Shown here: positions 63,199 through 64,000 of the stretch, in pieces
How the letters are laid out: every line of letters begins with the position of its first letter
Position numbering within the stretch: position 1 is the first letter of the stretch
Origin: Burkholderiales bacterium
GTDB taxonomy: Bacteria; Pseudomonadota; Gammaproteobacteria; Burkholderiales; SG8-39
Direction of reading: 5' to 3'
Assembly: GCA_035702665.1 (NCBI GenBank)
Contig: DASSQD010000030.1
Coordinates: 6,036-70,035 of the forward strand
Length of the DNA: 64,000 nt
Made by a program: the position numbers and the translations under genes
The notes under the pieces: model-generated
The model's database searches: none
Told to the model about the DNA's origin: nothing
What the model saw: only the letters and a program-made list of their open reading frames with translations

Positions 63199-64000
63199 AT
63201 GAAAAAACCTTTGCTCGCCCTAGCGCTCGTCGTCATCTCCGCCGTCGCCATCCCCTCGCTCGCGGCCGACAAGGTCAAGATCGGCTTCATCAGCACGCTC
63301 TCGGGGCCGAGCGCGGCGCTGGGCGTCGACATCCGCGACGCATTCATGCTCGCGGTGAAGCTGAACGGCGGCAAGCTGGGCGGCCTTCCCGCCGAGGTGC
63401 TGATCGGCGACGACCAGTTCAAGCCCGACGTCGGCCGCCAGCTCGCCGAAAAGGACGTGAAGCTCGACAAGGTTAACTTCCTCACCGGCTTCGTGTTCTC
63501 GAACATCATGCTCGCGTCGGTGCCGGTCGCGTTCGAGAACAAGGTCATCTACGTGAGCCCGAACGCCGCGCCTTCGCCGCTCGCGGGCAAGCAGTGCAAC
63601 CCGTATTTCTTCGTCGCGTCCTGGCCCAACGATGCCTACCACGAGGCCGCCGGCCAGCACGCGACCGACAAGGGCTACAAGTCCGTCTATATGATCGCGC
63701 CGAACTACCAGGCGGGGAAGGACTCGCTCGAAGGCTTCAAGCGCTTCTACAAAGGGCGCGTGGTGGGCGAGGTGTATACCCAGCTCGGGCAGCTCGACTA
63801 CTCGGCGGAGCTCGCGCAGGTGCGCGCGGCCGGGCCCGAGGCCATGTACATCTTCCTGCCCGGCGGGATGGGGATCAATTTCATCAAGCAGTTCGTCGCC
63901 GCGGGCCTGTCGAAGGACATCCAGCTCATCACCCCCGGATTCTCCTCCGACCAGGACATCATCCGCGCGGTGGGCGATCCCATGCTCGGCACCTTCGACG
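63199..64000 (+). CDS. ABC substrate-binding protein, LivK/branched-chain amino-acid type (3' end outside window)
   Basis: ATG 63199 with GGAGGGG SD upstream. Signal peptide followed by KVKIGFISTLSGPSAALG. The frame stays open to the window end. Confidence 0.8.
   Translation, partial: MKKPLLALALVVISAVAIPSLAADKVKIGFISTLSGPSAALGVDIRDAFMLAVKLNGGKLGGLPAEVLIGDDQFKPDVGRQLAEKDVKLDKVNFLTGFVFSNIMLASVPVAFENKVIYVSPNAAPSPLAGKQCNPYFFVASWPNDAYHEAAGQHATDKGYKSVYMIAPNYQAGKDSLEGFKRFYKGRVVGEVYTQLGQLDYSAELAQVRAAGPEAMYIFLPGGMGINFIKQFVAAGLSKDIQLITPGFSSDQDIIRAVGDPMLGTFD

Overview
High-G+C proteobacterial chromosome segment (high-60s % by eye, not computed). It is probably betaproteobacterial: it has two Bug/TctC-type binding proteins and an Anr/FNR-type regulator. 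It is densely coding, with about 70 CDS. I saw no rRNA, tRNA, CRISPR, transposase or integrase. The window splits into two functional halves. (1) nt ~1,200-31,300 is a low-oxygen/stasis island. Nine near-palindromic FNR boxes (TTGAY-N4-RTCAA, five with a CTGG/CCAG spacer) lie in intergenic DNA. They precede hsp20, CBS-groEL, phaC-phasin, a SirB2-like/NnrS/cytochrome c set, a USP-HPF-zinc-ribbon-MgtA-type ATPase operon, a Pat-like acetyl-CoA-synthetase/GNAT fusion, a MacAB-like ABC exporter, hemN and a hemerythrin. The island also encodes the FNR protein itself (Cys cluster intact), a CheY-like receiver and a PAS-kinase/NarL pair. The most unusual module sits at its left edge: two paralogous small tail-anchor-like proteins, then two divergent ArsA/Get3-type ATPases with complementary motif losses, convergent with hsp20. 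A terminator-bounded ~190-nt intergenic unit downstream of a perfect FNR box is a candidate FNR-dependent sRNA. (2) nt ~31,300-64,000 encodes aromatic/N-heterocycle catabolism and transport. It includes a UbiD decarboxylase, ACMSD-type amidohydrolases, a three-subunit molybdenum hydroxylase flanked by two copies of a 75-77 nt palindromic repeat, and 3-hydroxyanthranilate dioxygenase. It also includes a Rieske dioxygenase, an aryl-CoA hydroxylase/OYE fusion with beta-oxidation genes, MFS/ABC/Bug transport, a Ser/Thr kinase, a groEL remnant and a low-G+C orphan insertion. Many starts were re-assigned using 4-nt start/stop overlaps. The long antisense or out-of-frame ORFs in the track are GC-driven shadow ORFs.
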